From: Candidatus Borrarchaeum weybense
GTDB taxonomy: Archaea; Asgardarchaeota; Sifarchaeia; Borrarchaeales; Borrarchaeaceae
Length of the DNA: 64,000 bases
NCBI GenBank assembly: GCA_019057385.1
Contig: JAHQJS010000005.1
Span: 256,799-320,798, forward strand
Reading direction: 5' to 3'
Made by a program: the position numbers and the translations under genes. The notes below the pieces were generated by a model. The model was not told where the DNA came from. It made no database searches and saw only the letters and a program-made list of their open reading frames with translations. Shown here one piece after another: positions 28,843-39,658 of this stretch (its first letter is position 1; the number at the start of each line of letters is the position of its first letter).

Positions 28843-30018
28843 ATGAAACGAACTTACCAATATCGTCTGTACCCGACCACACAACAGGCGACCACGTTAA
28901 CGCAATGGCTGACTACCTGTCGTCTGTTGTACAACAACGGTCTTGCCGAGCGGAAAAAAGTATGGGCGACTCATAAAAAATCAGTTACCTATGGTGAGCA
29001 AGCTAACCAACTGAAAGACGCTAAAAAGACCAACCAGTTTTTGAAGGCGGTTCATTCTCAGGTACTTCAGGACGTGCTGAGACGACTGGATAAGACCTTT
29101 ACCAACTTTTTTCGGCGCATCAAGAAGGGGGAAAACGCAGGCTATCCACGATTCAAAGGCAAATACCGGTATGACTCCTTTACCTACCCACAAAGTGGAT
29201 TCGCCCTCGATTACCACCACAAGAAGAAGACACTCCGCCTCTCGAAAATTGGAGGTATCAACATTAAACTCCACCGTCCTATCCCGTCTGAAGGCGTGAT
29301 CAAGACCTGTACCATCAAACGGGATGTCGACCACTGGTATGCCTGTTTTGTAGTAGCACTGCCTGACCCCGCTCTTGACTCTCAGCAGAGAGCCATAAAG
29401 AAGGCAATAGGGGTAGATGTGGGGCTGAAGAGTTTACTGACGTTAAATAACGGAGACACCATAGATAACCCCCGCTGGTTGAGATACTCGGAGAAGCAAC
29501 TAGCCAAAACGCAGCGAAGGAAAGATAGGAAGGTTAAGGGCTCACATAACCGCCATAAGCAGAACAGGAAGGTGGCAAAGCTACACCGGAAGATCCGCAA
29601 CCAGCGGAAGGACTTTCATCACAAGCTCAGTCGACAGCTGGTCGATATGTATGACCTGATTGTGTATGAGCAGCTTACCATCACCAACATGGTGAAGAAC
29701 CATCGTCTCGCCAAGTCGATTAGTGACGCCGGATGGGGGCAACTCATGTGTTTTACCGAGTACAAAGCGGAGGAAGCTGGTACTCTGGTAGAGTATGTGA
29801 GTACCAATAACACTACACAACTGTGTAGTGGTTGTGGGAAGATTGTTCCGAAGACACTGGCAACCCGGATCCACAGTTGCCCTTACTGTGGACTGGTGTT
29901 AGCGAGAGATCATAATTCAGCCATCACAATTTTAAGCCGATCAACCTACTATTTGGAATCACAGTCATCATCACTCTCATCATCACAAGGGCAGGGACTG
30001 CTCGTAGAGCCTGTTTGA
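28843..30018 (+). CDS. tnpB: RNA-guided endonuclease TnpB
   Basis: YQYRLYPT, RuvC GVDVG / YEQL / RDHNSA, Zn finger CSGC..CPYC. Confidence 0.95.
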   Translation: MKRTYQYRLYPTTQQATTLTQWLTTCRLLYNNGLAERKKVWATHKKSVTYGEQANQLKDAKKTNQFLKAVHSQVLQDVLRRLDKTFTNFFRRIKKGENAGYPRFKGKYRYDSFTYPQSGFALDYHHKKKTLRLSKIGGINIKLHRPIPSEGVIKTCTIKRDVDHWYACFVVALPDPALDSQQRAIKKAIGVDVGLKSLLTLNNGDTIDNPRWLRYSEKQLAKTQRRKDRKVKGSHNRHKQNRKVAKLHRKIRNQRKDFHHKLSRQLVDMYDLIVYEQLTITNMVKNHRLAKSISDAGWGQLMCFTEYKAEEAGTLVEYVSTNNTTQLCSGCGKIVPKTLATRIHSCPYCGLVLARDHNSAITILSRSTYYLESQSSSLSSSQGQGLLVEPV

Positions 30019-30079
30019 CATGTCCCGTTGGGGAATGGATGATTCAGGAAGCCAGCCTACTTGTAGGGTGGTAGTTCAC
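29988..30079 (+). ncRNA. omega-RNA (reRNA) scaffold core at the right end; guide would be the flank from 30080
   Basis: Overlaps the tnpB 3' end; three hairpins conserved with covariation in the copy at 52281-52372. Confidence 0.7.
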
Positions 30080-30241
30080 CTATCTCTTAGTAAGTTCCAA
30101 CTATACTCTTCAAAACACTTAAATCTTTTAGGAAAGTGCGAGTTCTTCTTTGTACAAATAAAAGAGGTTCATCAAACAGCGAGAATGTGAATTAGTCTTT
30201 CAAGATTCCAAAAAAAATTGGTGGAAAACAGAAGGATGTTA

Positions 30242-33001
30242 TTAACTGTGCTGGCGTTCAATATTGATCATTTTAACCACTTGTTCTGCTAAGTCTCTGG
30301 GAAGCCCTGGTACACTTAAGATATCTTCATCTGTTAATTCACCCAATTTTCTTCCATTTTTTAATGCCCATTCAGTAATATACACAAGTCCGCGTGTTGC
30401 AATTATAGTGTCAGGATTTAGTGACATACTGTTGATTCCAGTTTCAACGAGGAAGGCTGCAATGCTTGGAAAGTCTGAAGGCGCTTGACCGCATATGCCA
30501 ATTTTGCGTCCCTTTTGGTTGGCTATTTTTATCACCTGCGCTAATAAACGCTTGACCGCTTGATCTCTTTCATCGAAAATATGCGCTACCAACTCACTAT
30601 CTCTATCTAAGCCGAGTGTTAGCTGAGTTAAATCATTAGATCCAATGCTAAAACCGTCAAATACATCTGCGAACTCCTCAGCTAAAATCACATTGCTTGG
30701 AATTTCAGCCATAACATAAATTTCCAGTCCGTCTTCTCCCTGTATTAAGTCATTTTCGCTCATCACCTTTATGACATTTCGCCCTTCTTCAGGAGTACGA
30801 CAGAATGGAACCATTGCTTTGACATTCTTTAGCCCCATTACCTTTCTGACTTTAACTAGGGCTTTACACTCAAGAGCAAACGCATCTTTAAAATCAGGAG
30901 CATAGTATCGGCTCGCGCCTCGCCAACCAAGCATAGGATTATTTTCATGTGGTTCGTAAAATTCACCGCCGATGAGATTGGCGTACTCGTTGGTCTTAAA
31001 ATCCGACAAGCGGACAATTACATCATAAGGATAGAAGGCGGCACCGATTCGAGCAATACCTTGAGCTAGTTTATCAACAAAATAATCCGCTTTGTTGTCG
31101 TAGTTTGCTGTCTTTTCCTCAATGAGTCGAACTAATTCACGTAAGTCCTTTAGTTTCTCTCGTGCTACCTCTCCTTTATACATATCATCGATAAGTTCAA
31201 CAGTTTGCTTAAAGCGAGGGTAATCAATAAGAGCTTTAGGATGGAACTGGATATGGTCGTTGATGATAAACTCTAATCGCGCCAGACCAACCCCATGGTG
31301 AGGTAGTTGTCCATACACAAAAGCTGAATCAGGAACCCCTAAATTCATCATTACCTGTGTTTCTGTTGGTGGAATATCCGCTAAGTCTATCTCCTCAATC
31401 TCGAATTTTTTAAGACCTCTGATGATGCGGCCGATCCCTTCACTGCAGTCGACAGTTACCTCGTCACCATCTTTTAATAATTTAGTTGCATTGAGTGTGC
31501 CGATAATACAGGGAAGACCAAGTTCGCGCGATACAATAGCAGCATGGCTTGTTCGTCCTCCGCGTTCAGTAATGAGAGCAGAAGCAATGCGCATTGCTGG
31601 TTCCCAATCTGGGTTTGTTTGCTCTGTGATTAGGACTTCTCCGGGTTTAAATTCGCTGAGGCGTGAAACATCTTCAATAACGTTTGCAATGCCTTGACCT
31701 ATCATGCTTCCTACAGGTTCACCCATAAGTATGATGTCATTTGCCTCTATAGATTCAGATATTTTATATGTTCTCAAAACATTGGCTGCTTTAATCTCGT
31801 GTACAGTTTCAGGACGAGCCTGAACGATATAGAGATTACCCGTGACGCCATCTTTTGCCCATTCGATATCCATCGCACGTCCATAATGTTCTTCTATTAG
31901 CATTGACCATTTAGCTAATTGAACTACTTCCTCATCAGAAAGAACGAATTTAACCTGATCTTCTGGAAGAACCTGTTGTTCCACAGTTCCTCCTCGTTTG
32001 TTATACACTAGTTTTTTATCTTTATTGCCAACCTTTTTATCGATAACGGCATTATAGCCCATTTTTGCAGTAGGTTTAAAGACATAGAACTGATCAGGAT
32101 TTACGGTGCCCTGTACGACATACTCGCCTAGACCCCATGTTCCTGTGATGTAAACCACGTCTCTGAATCCAGAATCTGTGTCTAAGGTAAAAATAACTCC
32201 ACTGGAAGCAAGATCAGAACGAGCCATCTGTTGTACACCGACCGATAGAGCTATGGAAAAGTGATCAACGGCATTTATAATATGTTTATGATATTCTGCT
32301 TTTTCTAAATTGCCTTGTCTTTCGGCTTCTAAACTTTTAAGTCTCTGTAAGTGCATTTGATCCTCTCGATAAGAGATGGCACGATTAGTGAAAAGACTAG
32401 CGAAGCATTCTTTTACTTTTTCAAGGATATTATCTTCTTTTGTGACATTAAGGAACGTTTCCTGTTGGCCAGCAAATGACGCTTCTGGGAGATCTTCAGC
32501 AGTTGCGGATGATCTAACCGCGCAGTCAACATTAGTAGTTCCTAGTGTTGCATTTAGTTTTTTGTACGCTTCAGCAATAGCGTATTTGATGTCATCAGGT
32601 ATTTCTGATTGAATAATTCTCAAGCGGATATTATGTCCAACTTCTTGAAGCGTTTCAACGAACTCTTTCTGCTTTTCTTGGAAGATCACAGTGAGAAGTT
32701 TAACCTCGCCAAAATCTTCATCAGCTTCGGCTTCTTTGATTTTCGACTCTACATCGTCTTTAGCTTCGAGTGTTACTTGAACTCTCTTAATTTCTGAGGC
32801 AATGAAATCTTTAAGACCTGTGGATTCAATAAAGGTTCGATATGCGTGTGATGTGACTGCAAAGCCTGGAGGTATAGGGACATTAACTTTTTGAATCATT
32901 TCTCCAAGGCTAGCATTTTTACCACCCACAAGAGCGAGATCTTCATTTGTTATTTCATTGAAAAAGAGAACATAACGTTTTTCTTTATCAGTCATAGTCA
33001 T
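30242..33001 (-). CDS. ppsA: Phosphoenolpyruvate synthase (with helical insertions)
   Basis: VGGKNASLGE, RSSATAEDLP.ASFAGQQET, GGRTSHAAIVSRE, SIGSNDLTQ, ICGQAPSD. Confidence 0.96.
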   Translation of the reverse strand: MTMTDKEKRYVLFFNEITNEDLALVGGKNASLGEMIQKVNVPIPPGFAVTSHAYRTFIESTGLKDFIASEIKRVQVTLEAKDDVESKIKEAEADEDFGEVKLLTVIFQEKQKEFVETLQEVGHNIRLRIIQSEIPDDIKYAIAEAYKKLNATLGTTNVDCAVRSSATAEDLPEASFAGQQETFLNVTKEDNILEKVKECFASLFTNRAISYREDQMHLQRLKSLEAERQGNLEKAEYHKHIINAVDHFSIALSVGVQQMARSDLASSGVIFTLDTDSGFRDVVYITGTWGLGEYVVQGTVNPDQFYVFKPTAKMGYNAVIDKKVGNKDKKLVYNKRGGTVEQQVLPEDQVKFVLSDEEVVQLAKWSMLIEEHYGRAMDIEWAKDGVTGNLYIVQARPETVHEIKAANVLRTYKISESIEANDIILMGEPVGSMIGQGIANVIEDVSRLSEFKPGEVLITEQTNPDWEPAMRIASALITERGGRTSHAAIVSRELGLPCIIGTLNATKLLKDGDEVTVDCSEGIGRIIRGLKKFEIEEIDLADIPPTETQVMMNLGVPDSAFVYGQLPHHGVGLARLEFIINDHIQFHPKALIDYPRFKQTVELIDDMYKGEVAREKLKDLRELVRLIEEKTANYDNKADYFVDKLAQGIARIGAAFYPYDVIVRLSDFKTNEYANLIGGEFYEPHENNPMLGWRGASRYYAPDFKDAFALECKALVKVRKVMGLKNVKAMVPFCRTPEEGRNVIKVMSENDLIQGEDGLEIYVMAEIPSNVILAEEFADVFDGFSIGSNDLTQLTLGLDRDSELVAHIFDERDQAVKRLLAQVIKIANQKGRKIGICGQAPSDFPSIAAFLVETGINSMSLNPDTIIATRGLVYITEWALKNGRKLGELTDEDILSVPGLPRDLAEQVVKMINIERQHS

Positions 33002-33015
33002 TAGGGTTTTCCTCC

Positions 33016-33047
33016 AGTTAGAAGGGATGAAAGTTAGAAGGGATGAA
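33016..33047. repeat. 16-bp perfect tandem duplication in the ppsA leader
   Basis: AGTTAGAAGGGATGAA x2. Confidence 0.9.
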
Positions 33048-33138
33048 AGATGAAAATAAAGAAGACCTTTAATTACTTATATATTTTTTATCCAAAAAAA
33101 ATAGTCTGAAGTAATTAAGTGGATTTTAGGGAGGTTTT

Positions 33139-33540
33139 TTGTTGAATAAGGAAAACAACCTAGATTTCGAAACCAAACATCTCCCCATCAATTACGATAC
33201 ATTAGCACCTGATAGATCGGAAATTCGACTTCTACTAACAATGAGAGGTGGAAGTATAGTGCATTGTACACTACCACCACAAGAAATATCAGTGGCTGTA
33301 TGTCATAAAACCGTTGAAGAAGTCTGGTATTTTATCGAAGGTCACGGCGAAGTTTGGCGGAAACAGGGACAACGAGAGGAAATTGTCGAAGTCAAGAATG
33401 GCGTCTGTATTACAATCCCCACAGGCACCCATTTTCAGTTCCGCAACACAAGAAGTGAACCATTAAAATTTTTAATAACAACTATGCCGCCTTGGCCGGG
33501 CGAAAATGAAGCTGTTAGAGTTAAAAATCATTGGAAATAA
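33139..33540 (+). CDS. Cupin-domain protein
   Basis: H.TVEEVWYF..G.G, IP.GTHFQFRN, MPPWPG. Confidence 0.85.
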   Translation: MLNKENNLDFETKHLPINYDTLAPDRSEIRLLLTMRGGSIVHCTLPPQEISVAVCHKTVEEVWYFIEGHGEVWRKQGQREEIVEVKNGVCITIPTGTHFQFRNTRSEPLKFLITTMPPWPGENEAVRVKNHWK

Positions 33541-33572
33541 CATCTGATTTTAAATAAAAAAAATAAAAGGAG

Positions 33573-33935
33573 TTATTTATTGAAAGACTCGTGAAGAGTC
33601 TTAAGCAACTCATATGCTCTAAAGAAATACTCGAAGATTGTTTCGAGTTGATGATGTTCAGCCATCCAGAACACTGTTTGCCATGCTAAAACTACGTCAT
33701 GAAGCGCTAGTTCAGGAAATTTCGACCGATACTTTGCTACATTTTCGAAGAGCGGATATAGCTTGAGTATAGGAAATTTAACGGCAAAACACTTCCGTTC
33801 AGATGCTGTAAACTGTGCAGCAGGCGATGTGAGTTGTTTTCTTACGCGCTCAACTGCAGAATAGAATTGCGATAACGTTGTAAAGAAATCAAGATGATCA
33901 ACGTTATGGTTTTCTTGCATTTGAGATTCTATCAT
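33573..33935 (-). CDS. Hypothetical protein
   Basis: 120-aa ORF filling an intergenic gap; no recognisable motif. Confidence 0.5.
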   Translation of the reverse strand: MIESQMQENHNVDHLDFFTTLSQFYSAVERVRKQLTSPAAQFTASERKCFAVKFPILKLYPLFENVAKYRSKFPELALHDVVLAWQTVFWMAEHHQLETIFEYFFRAYELLKTLHESFNK

Positions 33936-34157
33936 TATAGATCCTTACCATTAATTGTTTTTATTCTCTGAAAATTGAATTCCGAAAACATTTATTTTCT
34001 TTTTGATGTTTGAGCATTTAAGAATACCCAATTTGGCATCTTTTTTATTAAATAAAGAAAATGATTTATGCTTGATATATATTATGGAACTTCAATACGT
34101 ATGTCTATATAGGCATATAGATTCGTTGAGATATCTTGAACTCTAAGACAGATATTT

Positions 34158-35486
34158 TTAATGGTATCGTTTATAAGCAGTTCCAAAATTCTTACCAGCG
34201 TATTCTGAATTTTCTTTAAGTTCATCTTCGATTCGAAGCAGTTGATTGTACTTAGCTGTTCTATCACTTCTGCATGGTGCACCTGTTTTAATTTGACCAC
34301 ACGAGAGCGCAGTACAGAGATCTGCGATGAAAGAATCTTCTGTTTCTCCGGATCGATGGCTTACAACTACACCCCAATTATTCTCATAAGACATTTTAGC
34401 TGCAGCTATAGCTTCGGAAAGTGTACCTATTTGATTTACTTTAAGAAGAAGGCAGTTTCCAGCATCAAGATCAATTGCTGTTTTAAGTCGTTTTAGGTTT
34501 GTAACCGTTAGGTCGTCAGTAACTACTTGAAGGGATGGTTGTGCTTTAGATAGTTCAGCAAAGCTATTATAGTCATTTTCATCAAAAGGATCCTCAAGGC
34601 TAGCTATAGGATAAGTTTCTACAAGTTCTGAATAGATTTCCAACAATTCCACTGCTGTTAGGTTCTTTTCATCGATCTGATATACACCATTTTCGAAGAA
34701 CTCACTAGCAGCCGCGTCCATGGCTAAAACAAAATCGGATTTTGGCCTATATCCTGCTTCTTCAATGGCAGTAATAAGGGCATCTAGGGCATCAGTTGTA
34801 AATGTCATAGGTGGAGCCATACCACCTTCATCACCAACATTGCGAGCGATTGGTCCGTATTTTTTCGTCAGAACTACTTTAAGTGCCTGATATACTTCGC
34901 TTACGCCTTGAATTGCGTTTCTAAACGTCTTGAAATTAATAGGCATAATCATGAATTCTTGAATGGCTAAGTCATTGCCAGCGTGCTCTCCTCCATTAAT
35001 TACATTCGAGAGTGGGGTGGGTAACAAGAATTGTCCTTCCGTTTCAGAACTTGAAGTCTTTATGAGTTCTTTAAGATAGACGTAAAGTGGCTTAGAGTAA
35101 GAAAGTGCAGCAACACGACTTACTGCCATAGACACTGCAAGAATGGCGTTTGCTCCTAAATTTCCTTTATTTTCAGACCCATCTAACTCTATCATTATGT
35201 CATCAATCGTTTCTTGTTCTCTAGCGTCCATACCAATGACTTTTGGAGCTATGATTTCGTTTATGTTCTTTAGGGCTTTTAGAACCCCTTTTCCTCTAAA
35301 CGCTTTTTCCTTATCACGTAGTTCGACGGCTTCATGTTCACCTGTCGACGCTCCAGAAGGAACTGCACCTCTTCCAACGGATCCGTCACGAGTAATTACA
35401 TCAACTTCAACAGTTGGATTCCCCCTTGAGTCAAGAATCCATCTTGCTTTAATATCGCTAACTATAAATGCATCCATTTTATTCAC
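34158..35486 (-). CDS. eno: Enolase
   Basis: DSRGNPTVEV, PSGASTG, GDEGG, SHRSGETED, QIKTGAP. Confidence 0.98.
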   Translation of the reverse strand: MNKMDAFIVSDIKARWILDSRGNPTVEVDVITRDGSVGRGAVPSGASTGEHEAVELRDKEKAFRGKGVLKALKNINEIIAPKVIGMDAREQETIDDIMIELDGSENKGNLGANAILAVSMAVSRVAALSYSKPLYVYLKELIKTSSSETEGQFLLPTPLSNVINGGEHAGNDLAIQEFMIMPINFKTFRNAIQGVSEVYQALKVVLTKKYGPIARNVGDEGGMAPPMTFTTDALDALITAIEEAGYRPKSDFVLAMDAAASEFFENGVYQIDEKNLTAVELLEIYSELVETYPIASLEDPFDENDYNSFAELSKAQPSLQVVTDDLTVTNLKRLKTAIDLDAGNCLLLKVNQIGTLSEAIAAAKMSYENNWGVVVSHRSGETEDSFIADLCTALSCGQIKTGAPCRSDRTAKYNQLLRIEDELKENSEYAGKNFGTAYKRYH

Positions 35487-35789
35487 CTACAACAATTTTG
35501 CATTAATGGATTAATTGAGTTTTTAAAGAATATTAAAGTGCTTGTATAAAAGCTTGACCGAGAAATTTAAGAAAGATATTGGAGAAATTTTTTTATAAGG
35601 TAAGAGATCCTGTCATGCGACAATGATTTATGAGCCTTTAATAAGTGATTTGTCTATATACGTCTTTATTAATAAATTAAAAAAGAACATCTTACGGTAG
35701 ATGACTGAAGAGGATATTCAACTTCACATAATAAATGCTCCATCACAGCATGCATTTGTTTGAAAGTGTAAGGAGGCATTTTAGAACCT

Positions 35790-36317
35790 ATGAATCTGTT
35801 GCAGAACGATAAAAATGAAGGGGCTGAATCTGCAATTAAGGAAGAGGCTACAATAATTATACGCCCGTATACTCAAAAGGACCTTCCATCAATTTATGAA
35901 ATAGAAAAAAATTGCTTTTCAGAAAGTGAAAGATATACAAGACAGCATTTAGAAATGTTAGGAGATTTTAAACGTTATTTCTTTCTTGTAGCACAAGAAA
36001 ATGAAGGATCTTCTATTATAGGATACTGTATTGGAGTTCTTAAATCGTCTAGAGAAGGAACCGTAGGCCATATCATTTCTGTTGCGGTTCATCCAAATAA
36101 TAGACGTCTAGGTATAGGTTTAGAACTTATTAACGAACTTATTACACAATTAAAAAATGCTGGTGCTACCAGCTTTCGCTTAGAAGTGAAAATGACAAAC
36201 AAGGCTGCAAGGGAAATGTATCGTAAATTAGGGTTCAACTATGTACATATACTGCGCAATTACTACGGAGATGGAAAAGACGCTATTGTAATGAAGATGA
36301 TGGGGAATAATGGTTGA
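35790..36317 (+). CDS. rimI: RimI/Ard1-like N-terminal acetyltransferase
   Basis: GHIISVAV.P..RR.GIG, LEV, YY.DGKDA. Confidence 0.85.
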   Translation: MNLLQNDKNEGAESAIKEEATIIIRPYTQKDLPSIYEIEKNCFSESERYTRQHLEMLGDFKRYFFLVAQENEGSSIIGYCIGVLKSSREGTVGHIISVAVHPNNRRLGIGLELINELITQLKNAGATSFRLEVKMTNKAAREMYRKLGFNYVHILRNYYGDGKDAIVMKMMGNNG

Positions 36318-36769
36318 TAAAAATGAACATTGAGATAAAAAAGGCGGATGATGACGATAGAATAGGCCTAAGAGCAATTCTAAAATACTCATTTGATACT
36401 TTGAGTTCATTAGACACCTTAGAACTAGATTTGTATATAGATGGTCAAACCCGTCCTTGTCAATGGTTTGTAGCACGATCAAGTCAGGGACACGTAATTG
36501 GATGTATTAATGCGTCGACACGATCCAATGAAGGTTATATTAACTCACTTTCTGTTATAGAGGGATTTAGAGGACATGGTATTGGTTCAATGCTTGTGCA
36601 GGAAGCATGTGAATTTTTGAAAACTGATGGCTGCAATTCTGTTTTTCTTTATGTTCGTCCAACAAATGAAGGTGCTCAAGTTTTCTATGAGAAGCTTGGT
36701 TTCACTAATTGTGGCTTGACAAAAAGTCAGACACTTGAAGATGTAGTAATGTTACGTAAGATGATTTAA
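36314..36769 (+). CDS. GNAT acetyltransferase
   Basis: FRGHGIGS.L, N..A..FYEKLGF. Confidence 0.85.
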   Translation: MIKMNIEIKKADDDDRIGLRAILKYSFDTLSSLDTLELDLYIDGQTRPCQWFVARSSQGHVIGCINASTRSNEGYINSLSVIEGFRGHGIGSMLVQEACEFLKTDGCNSVFLYVRPTNEGAQVFYEKLGFTNCGLTKSQTLEDVVMLRKMI

Positions 36770-36778
36770 ATTATAGTT

Positions 36779-39400
36779 TCATACAAAATCAAGAAGTGTT
36801 GTTTTTTTCCCCCTCCCTCGTAACTCATCAAGACTAACATCAACACCAAATTTTGAAGCTGCCCCTAAAACTTCATTTATATATTGTTCTCTGTCTATTT
36901 CTTCACCATCTATCAGTGTCGGATGTCTAGCGCGCTTATATTGAGGTCCCTCTCCTTTGAGAACGATATAAGGAAATTTAGAAATCTTTCGCCACTCTTT
37001 TTCGGGATCAAGGCCATATGAATTACAATAATGCAAAAATGCGCCAACAGCTGGTGTGATTGATTTATACTTTTTTGGCGCTTTACTAATAGGAGCGTAT
37101 TGAATCAGATCATTTTTTATAACTTTGATTGGGCTTTCTAATAGGGTACGACACTCTTTCAAAACAAATTGTTTTGCTTTCTCCAAGGCCTCTGCCTCAC
37201 TACTACGAAGGAGAATATCAATTACATTAAGTTGAACTCTTTTCGCAAATTCTGTCCAATCCCCTCGAATCGCTTCAAAACCCTTGACCTTCAGTTCTCC
37301 ACTTAGAGCACTTACATAACCATAGGCTTTTTTTCGTTCAGCCTGAAATGCAATCCGAAATGCAATATCATCAAGTTCAAGTTGCATTCCTTTAGGCAAT
37401 TTAGAACCAAGAAAGTCTAGCAAATGATCAATACTTGTATAAGTATCTTTTTCTACAGATTTTAGTTCCTTGTGCGATATTTTTTCTTTTTTTGATCGCA
37501 TTGTAAGATTATAAAGCTGTTCAAATGATCTGTCGTCCCCAAAACTGACGAAAATAGAGTCCGTATCTCCATAGACAACTTCAAAGTGCGTTCCATTAAT
37601 TTCATTGTATTGCTTAATTAGTTCAACAAGATTTGTTAGATGTTGACGTCCGAGCGAAGTAATGGCCTTAGCAACATGGAGTATGTAAAACCTGCCGAAA
37701 ACTGATCCGATAGTACCATATAATGCATTTGCAACTAGTTTAAGCATAGATTGCCGTCGATCGATATTCTTAAGATCTTCTTGAAGATTGAAATACGTAT
37801 CAGTTTTATCCTTCTGCTCAATTTTCATTTCAATAAGCGTCTTTTCAAGTTCCTGTTTCTGTTGTTTAAGTTGATATCTATAAGAAAGAATATATTCTTC
37901 CATTTCAGCAAGAACTGATCTTGGTTTCTTCAAGAATTCAAAGGAGCCGTCAGATTTACTGCTGAATGTTTCGCCACCAACATTGTAAGAAATTATGATC
38001 GAAGGATATAGAGATCGAAAATCTAGAATTACAACATCTTTGAAGAAAGTTCCCTTAGGGTCAATAACCAAGCCACCCTTTAGACCGTCTTCTTCTTTCA
38101 TTTTTTGTCTTTGACGCGTTTCATCAGGCACAGAACTGTTAGGAATGAGAACATTTTTTTGAACACATTTACGCATGAGTTCAAGTTCACCTTGGTTTCT
38201 TTCGGTTGCGTACATAGCTTCTGCAGGGGGAAATCCGACAATTCGAATAAGCTCCAAAATATTTTCTAGTTCTAATTCCCACCAGAGTCTATAGGTAAGT
38301 ATTGAATCTGTTTCAGAATAGTCAGTAAAGGTCTTCAAGGATTCTTTATCGTTTTCTAAAACACCTTTTGCCCATAGTTGTCCAACAGATTCTTTAAGTT
38401 CAATTTTAGATGCTCCAAGTAATTTTTGAGCAACATCGCCTAGACCTCTTCGTCCTGAGTCGGTCGTAATTTTGCCTGTCTTTTTTATTATGTCACAAAC
38501 AACCCGACCTTTCATTCGGTGCGCTCTTATCCTTCCAGAATAACGGAGTGGATCATTATCAAGTAAAGATAGAGGGGTAGTAGAGAGTTTTAACTTCCCT
38601 GCACGATCAATGATGTATGGAAAGTCGAACGCATCTACATTATAACCGATCACTATATCTGGTTGAATTTCTCGGAAAAGTGTGAAAAACTCATTTAGCA
38701 GTTTTTTCTCTGCTTTATCAGAATCCTCCTTTAAACAAAAAACATGAGTCTTATAATTATCTTGGTTTGTGCCCCAGCATATGGAGATTGCGATAATCCG
38801 TCGATTTTTTTCTTTCAACTCATCAATTTCAACTATATTACGATCATCAACTTCAATATCAAGAGCAAGGTATGTGAGTTTCCTGAAACGCAATAGGTCA
38901 GTATCTGAAGGATGAATGTGTTTTGTTTGAGATCTGAGGATGTAACCTCCGGCCTTTTCATGATCTTTAATTGCTGAATCGATATGAATAATATTGAGAC
39001 CTCTTAAACTTGTGTCGATAAGAAAACGTTTGACAAAAGGAATATCAGATTCAAAATGCTCAATATTGTTTTTTTCGAGGAGTTCACGAATTTTGGGTAC
39101 TTCCCATGGGCGTTTTCCCACAAGTTTTAGAAGTTCAACTGCTTCTCCACCATCATATTTAATCTTAGTAAGCTTTTCAGTTGAAACCAGCCAATCATTG
39201 AGTAACTGATTTTCCTTCAAACTATCATACAACAGTCCTTTCTTCTCAAGAGGTATGAAGATGTACGGTAGAAAATCATCAATTTGAAGCAATACAGGAA
39301 TGCCTTCAGATGTTCTTCCAAAAATTCGCACCAAAGGTTTATCTTCAGCCTTTTCATAATCAATATCTGTCATATAAAGGTCAAAATCTTTCGTTTTCAT
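36779..39400 (-). CDS. polB: Family B DNA polymerase with 3'-5' exonuclease and C-terminal PIP box
   Basis: DIE, YNVDAFD, DFRSLYPSII, K..ANALYG, YGDTDS, TTLLDFV. Confidence 0.93.
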   Translation of the reverse strand: MKTKDFDLYMTDIDYEKAEDKPLVRIFGRTSEGIPVLLQIDDFLPYIFIPLEKKGLLYDSLKENQLLNDWLVSTEKLTKIKYDGGEAVELLKLVGKRPWEVPKIRELLEKNNIEHFESDIPFVKRFLIDTSLRGLNIIHIDSAIKDHEKAGGYILRSQTKHIHPSDTDLLRFRKLTYLALDIEVDDRNIVEIDELKEKNRRIIAISICWGTNQDNYKTHVFCLKEDSDKAEKKLLNEFFTLFREIQPDIVIGYNVDAFDFPYIIDRAGKLKLSTTPLSLLDNDPLRYSGRIRAHRMKGRVVCDIIKKTGKITTDSGRRGLGDVAQKLLGASKIELKESVGQLWAKGVLENDKESLKTFTDYSETDSILTYRLWWELELENILELIRIVGFPPAEAMYATERNQGELELMRKCVQKNVLIPNSSVPDETRQRQKMKEEDGLKGGLVIDPKGTFFKDVVILDFRSLYPSIIISYNVGGETFSSKSDGSFEFLKKPRSVLAEMEEYILSYRYQLKQQKQELEKTLIEMKIEQKDKTDTYFNLQEDLKNIDRRQSMLKLVANALYGTIGSVFGRFYILHVAKAITSLGRQHLTNLVELIKQYNEINGTHFEVVYGDTDSIFVSFGDDRSFEQLYNLTMRSKKEKISHKELKSVEKDTYTSIDHLLDFLGSKLPKGMQLELDDIAFRIAFQAERKKAYGYVSALSGELKVKGFEAIRGDWTEFAKRVQLNVIDILLRSSEAEALEKAKQFVLKECRTLLESPIKVIKNDLIQYAPISKAPKKYKSITPAVGAFLHYCNSYGLDPEKEWRKISKFPYIVLKGEGPQYKRARHPTLIDGEEIDREQYINEVLGAASKFGVDVSLDELRGRGKKTTLLDFV

Positions 39401-39658
39401 ATTAAACAGCCTCTTGAAACCAAGGAAATGGCTTTGCATGTATTATATGAGCATATACACAAGGATAAAAGCTGTGCTAACCTCAAGTCAAAAATATTTG
39501 ATATCCCCTCTTGTCATTAATTTATTCTCATTTTCTTTTAAAAAGTCAATTATGATATCACAAACTTGCAAAGATAAAAATAAAAAAAGAAATCTTTCCT
39601 GGATATTAAGCCCTGCTTAGAGTTTCAAGAATTTTCTATGACCTGCCAAGGCTTTCAA

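Larger units (their letters stand above)
28699..30079 (+). mobile_element. IS200/IS605-family (IS1341-type, tnpB only) element
   Basis: Left hairpin CGCAAGAAGACCCCTCAA..TTGGGGGGATGAATTGCG; right hairpin ending GGTAGTTCAC; visibly more GC-rich than flanks; no tnpA. Confidence 0.88.

Noticed and set aside
32260-32370. ppsA insertion flanked by GATCAA/TTGATC as an in-frame intron
   Set aside because: No 4-bp helix with 3-nt bulges; the insert reads as an ordinary amphipathic helix
35045-35072. Hairpin AGAACT/AGTTCT in an enolase loop as a possible intron
   Set aside because: Flanks do not form a BHB central helix, and the loop is naturally variable
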